The position numbers were made by a program, and so were the translations under genes. Of a stretch of DNA of 64,000 nucleotides, positions 60,709 through 64,000 are shown piece after piece; position 1 is the stretch's first letter, and every line of letters starts with the position of its first letter. The DNA comes from an uncultured Collinsella sp. (GTDB lineage: Bacteria > Actinomycetota > Coriobacteriia > Coriobacteriales > Coriobacteriaceae), in assembly GCA_900544645.1 (NCBI GenBank), contig UQWG01000002.1, forward strand, positions 10,715 through 74,714. The letters run 5' to 3'. The notes under the pieces were generated by a model. That model was not told where the DNA came from and searched no databases. It was given only the letters and a program-made list of their open reading frames with translations.

Positions 60709-63048
60709 ATGGCTCAAGATAAGTTCGACGTGGGCGGCATGACGTGCGCCGCCTGCCAGGCACATGTAGACCGTGCCGTGAGCAAACTCGACGGCGTCCA
60801 AAGCGTCGCGGTCAACCTGCTCGCCGGTTCCATGATGGTCGACTATGACCCCGCGCAAGTCACCCCCGACGATATCTGCACCGCTGTCGATCGCGCGGGC
60901 TACTCGGCCTCGCCCATCAGCACGGGCACCGACGCTGTCCAAAGCGGCAGCTCGCAGACCAGGTCTGGCGCAGCCCATATGGAGTCGCCGACCAAAAAGC
61001 TGGAGGCCGCCGCCTCCGCCATGCGCACCCGCCTCATCATCTCGATCATCTTCCTCATCCCGCTGTTCTACATAGGCATGGGACACATGCTCGGTTGGCC
61101 ACTGCCCGGCGTCTTCACCGACCACACCCACAGCATGACACTCGCGCTTACCGAGCTCGTCCTGCTCATCCCCATCGTCTACGTCAACGACGCGTACTTT
61201 ATCAACGGGTTTAAATCGCTCGCGCACGGCGCGCCCACCATGGACGCCCTTATTGCCGTGGGCGCCACCGCCTCCATCGCCTGGTCGCTCTACGCCATGT
61301 TCATCATGGCCGACCAGCTAGCCGCAGGTCAGGTGCACGAGGCCATGATGACGAGGATGGACAACCTGTATTTTGAGAGCGCTGGCACCATCCTGTCGCT
61401 CGTCACCGTGGGCAAATACCTCGAGACGCGCAGCAAGTCCAAGACCGGCGGCGCTATCGAGGCGCTCATCGACTTAGCACCCAAGACCGCGACCGTCGTG
61501 GCAGAGGACGGCAGCGAGGCCACCGTCGACGTCGATGCCATTCTGCCCGGCCAGGTGCTGCGTGTGCGCCCCGGCGAGTCCATCCCTGTCGACGGCGTGG
61601 TACTCGAGGGCGCTTCGGCCGTGGACGAAAGTGCACTGACCGGCGAGTCCATCCCCGTGGAGAAGACCGCCGGCGCCACCGTCAACGCCGCCACCGTCAA
61701 CCGCACTGGATCGTTTACCTTCCGCGCTACGCGTGTGGGCGCTGACACGTCGCTCGCCAAGATTATCCAGCTCGTCGAGGACGCCAATGCCACCAAGGCA
61801 CCCATTGCTCGACTGGCCGACAAGGTCGCCGGCGTGTTCGTGCCCGTGGTATTCGTGATCTCGGCCGTGACCTTTGTGGTGTGGATGGCACTGACCAGCG
61901 ACGTGAATGAGGCGCTCACCTCCGCCGTCGCTGTGCTGGTGATCAGCTGCCCGTGCGCGCTGGGCCTGGCCACGCCCGTCGCCATTATGGTCGGCACCGG
62001 CAAGGGCGCCGAGATGGGCATTCTATTTAAGAGCGCCGAGGCGCTGGAGAACCTGCGCAGCGTGGGCACCGTGGTGCTCGATAAGACGGGCACGGTCACC
62101 CGCGGCAAGCCTGCCGTGACCGATATCGTGGTAGCCACGCGCGCTGACGGCTCGCCCGCCATGAGCGAAAAGGCGTTGCTCAAGCTGGCCGCTGCGCTGG
62201 AGCGCTCAAGCGAGCACCCGCTGGCCGAGGCGATTATGGCCGAGTGCGAGGCGCGCGGAATCGTCGCACGCATGGTCGAGGACTTTACCGCCGTGCCCGG
62301 GCGAGGCGTTACGGCACGCGAGGGGCAGAATGTCATCGCCGCCGGCAACGTGCGTCTGATGGACGAGCTGGGCGTGAAGGTTCCCGCCGGCCTTGCCGAA
62401 CAGTTCGCGGCCGAGGGCAAGACGCCGCTGTTCTTTGCCAAGAACAGCGAGCTTGTCGGTACCATCGCCGTGGCGGACGAGGTCAAGGAGACGAGCGCCG
62501 GGGCCATCGCCGCACTGCGCTCGCTTGGCGTCGACGTGCGCATGCTCACCGGCGACAACCGCGTGACGGCCGAGGCCATCGCCCGCCGCGTGGGGCTGAG
62601 CAGCGAACAGGTCATCGCCGACGTCCTCCCTGCCGACAAGGAGCGCCACGTCCGCGAGCTGCAGGATGTGGGCGGCAAGGTCGCCATGGTAGGCGACGGC
62701 ATCAACGACTCCCCCGCCCTGGCGCGCGCCGACGTGGGCCTTGCTATCGGCACCGGCGCCGACATCGCCAAGGAGGGCGCCGACGTGGTTCTCATGCGCA
62801 GCGACCTCATGGACGTCGCCCGTGCCATCGAGCTGTCACGTGCCACAATCCGCAACATCAAGCAGGACCTGTTCTGGGCGCTGTTCTACAACGGCATCGG
62901 CATTCCGCTCGCCGCGGGCGTGTTCTTCCCGCTCACCGGATGGCAACTCTCGCCGATGTTTGGCGCCGCGGCCATGAGCCTGTCGAGCGTATGCGTTGTA
63001 AGCAATGCGCTGCGCCTGAAATCCTTTAAGCCTAAAGTGGCAAAATAG
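60709..63048 (+). CDS. copA: Copper-translocating P1B-type ATPase
   Basis: GMTCAAC HMA motif, TGES, CPC, DKTGT, SEHP, GDGIND, YN and MSLSS motifs. Confidence 0.95.
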   Translation: MAQDKFDVGGMTCAACQAHVDRAVSKLDGVQSVAVNLLAGSMMVDYDPAQVTPDDICTAVDRAGYSASPISTGTDAVQSGSSQTRSGAAHMESPTKKLEAAASAMRTRLIISIIFLIPLFYIGMGHMLGWPLPGVFTDHTHSMTLALTELVLLIPIVYVNDAYFINGFKSLAHGAPTMDALIAVGATASIAWSLYAMFIMADQLAAGQVHEAMMTRMDNLYFESAGTILSLVTVGKYLETRSKSKTGGAIEALIDLAPKTATVVAEDGSEATVDVDAILPGQVLRVRPGESIPVDGVVLEGASAVDESALTGESIPVEKTAGATVNAATVNRTGSFTFRATRVGADTSLAKIIQLVEDANATKAPIARLADKVAGVFVPVVFVISAVTFVVWMALTSDVNEALTSAVAVLVISCPCALGLATPVAIMVGTGKGAEMGILFKSAEALENLRSVGTVVLDKTGTVTRGKPAVTDIVVATRADGSPAMSEKALLKLAAALERSSEHPLAEAIMAECEARGIVARMVEDFTAVPGRGVTAREGQNVIAAGNVRLMDELGVKVPAGLAEQFAAEGKTPLFFAKNSELVGTIAVADEVKETSAGAIAALRSLGVDVRMLTGDNRVTAEAIARRVGLSSEQVIADVLPADKERHVRELQDVGGKVAMVGDGINDSPALARADVGLAIGTGADIAKEGADVVLMRSDLMDVARAIELSRATIRNIKQDLFWALFYNGIGIPLAAGVFFPLTGWQLSPMFGAAAMSLSSVCVVSNALRLKSFKPKVAK

Positions 63049-63195
63049 GCTCACCATTAAGTCAATTTAGAACGGGTTTTCCAGGTGCCCGAGATTGACC
63101 TGAAAGAGGAGCGACGCGTACTTTGGTACGCGGGCGGCGGCTTGAAGGTCAAGGTCGGATGTCTGGGAAAGCCGACACAACAGAGAGGGATACCC

Positions 63196-63417
63196 ATGCG
63201 ATACACAATCAAGACTTCCGGCCTTATGTGCGGCCACTGCGACGCCACCATCGAGACGGCGCTGCTCAACGTGGCCGGCGTGACCGATGCCGACGCCGAT
63301 CACGAGACCCAGACCGTCCAGGTGGAGTGCGCCGACACCGTGACCGCCGAGCAGCTCACCGCTGCCATCGAGGGCGCCGGCGAGAAGTTCCACGCCCTGT
63401 CCGTGACCGCCGCGTAG
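63196..63417 (+). CDS. copZ: CopZ-like heavy-metal chaperone
   Basis: 73 aa with MCGHC motif; GAGGGA RBS. Confidence 0.88.
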   Translation: MRYTIKTSGLMCGHCDATIETALLNVAGVTDADADHETQTVQVECADTVTAEQLTAAIEGAGEKFHALSVTAA

Positions 63418-63465
63418 CAGCTACCAGAGACATTCGACTCCATCGACCAGAAACGAGGACCCGCC

Positions 63466-63738
63466 ATGATGGCAGACCACAAATCGGTGACCCGCATGCT
63501 CAAGACGGCACGCGGTCAGATCGACGGCATCTTGCGGATGGTCGAGGAGGACCGCTATTGCGTCGATATTTCCACGCAGCTCATGGCCACACAGGCGCTC
63601 CTCGCGCGCATTAACGCCGACGTGCTTAAGGCGCATATCGAGGGCTGTGTGACTTCGGCAATCGAATCGGGCGACGAAGACCTCAAAGCCGCCAAGCTCG
63701 CCGAAATCGAACGCGTCGTCGACAAGCTCTCCAAGTAA
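63466..63738 (+). CDS. csoR: CsoR family copper-sensing repressor
   Basis: GQIDGI..M.EEDRYC and HIEGC (Cys-His-Cys ligands). Confidence 0.92.
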   Translation: MMADHKSVTRMLKTARGQIDGILRMVEEDRYCVDISTQLMATQALLARINADVLKAHIEGCVTSAIESGDEDLKAAKLAEIERVVDKLSK

Positions 63739-63748
63739 TTGGGGCATT

Positions 63749-63829
63749 GGGGACAAACTTCTTTGCACCGTCTTGGTATTCCGGGGACAGGTATGTTTGC
63801 ACCACATTGGTGCAGATTAACCTGTCCCC
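63749..63829. repeat. Family D REP-like palindrome with a preceding half-copy
   Basis: GGGGACAGGTATGTTTGCACCA-cat-TGGTGCAGATTAACCTGTCCCC (63783..63829) and GGGGACAAACTTCTTTGCACC (63749..63769). Confidence 0.7.
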
Positions 63830-63884
63830 CTTGCTCTAAATCGGGTATAAAGGCGTGCAGCATATCGAACGAAAGGCAATTTGC

Positions 63885-64000
63885 ATGAATGACTTTATGA
63901 AGGGTCGCAATGGTGCCGATGAACTCACCATCGTGATGGGTTTTGCCGGCATCGTCATCGCGATGATCGGATCGATAGCCCGCATCCAGTGGCTCAGCTG
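63885..64000 (+). CDS. Hypothetical membrane protein (FMxGRxGxDxL type), runs off right edge
   Basis: Manual translation MNDFMKGRNGADELTIVMGFAGIVIAMIG after a GAAAGG RBS. Confidence 0.7.
   Translation, partial: MNDFMKGRNGADELTIVMGFAGIVIAMIGSIARIQWLS

Overview
GC-rich bacterial chromosome segment. Gene content and protein style suggest an anaerobic gut actinobacterium of the Coriobacteriia, such as Collinsella (inference, not verified). Most of it is core genes: fhs, ruvCAB with an SOS box, dnaE, an AddAB/AdnAB-like helicase-nuclease pair, a SWIM-SNF2 ATPase, Rrf2/cysK, mnmA, fucO, a YgiQ radical SAM protein, a DEAD-box helicase, and copA-copZ-csoR. It also has an anaerobic redox operon (GltD-like flavoprotein, [FeFe]-hydrogenase, ABC transporter). 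Accessory parts are a frameshifted Tat- and sortase-signalled PI-PLC, a YhcG nuclease, an orphan RelB-like antitoxin, and an FHA / Ser-Thr kinase / coiled-coil CAP surface-protein module. The most striking unexplained structure is eight 58-59-bp palindromes (17-bp arms TGTCTCGATCTGTAACA, ~25-bp variable core, 80-81-bp period) in three arrays around that module. Several other families of REP-like palindromes are also present. I saw no rRNA, tRNA, CRISPR array or intact transposase. All calls come from reading motifs by eye; no database search was run.
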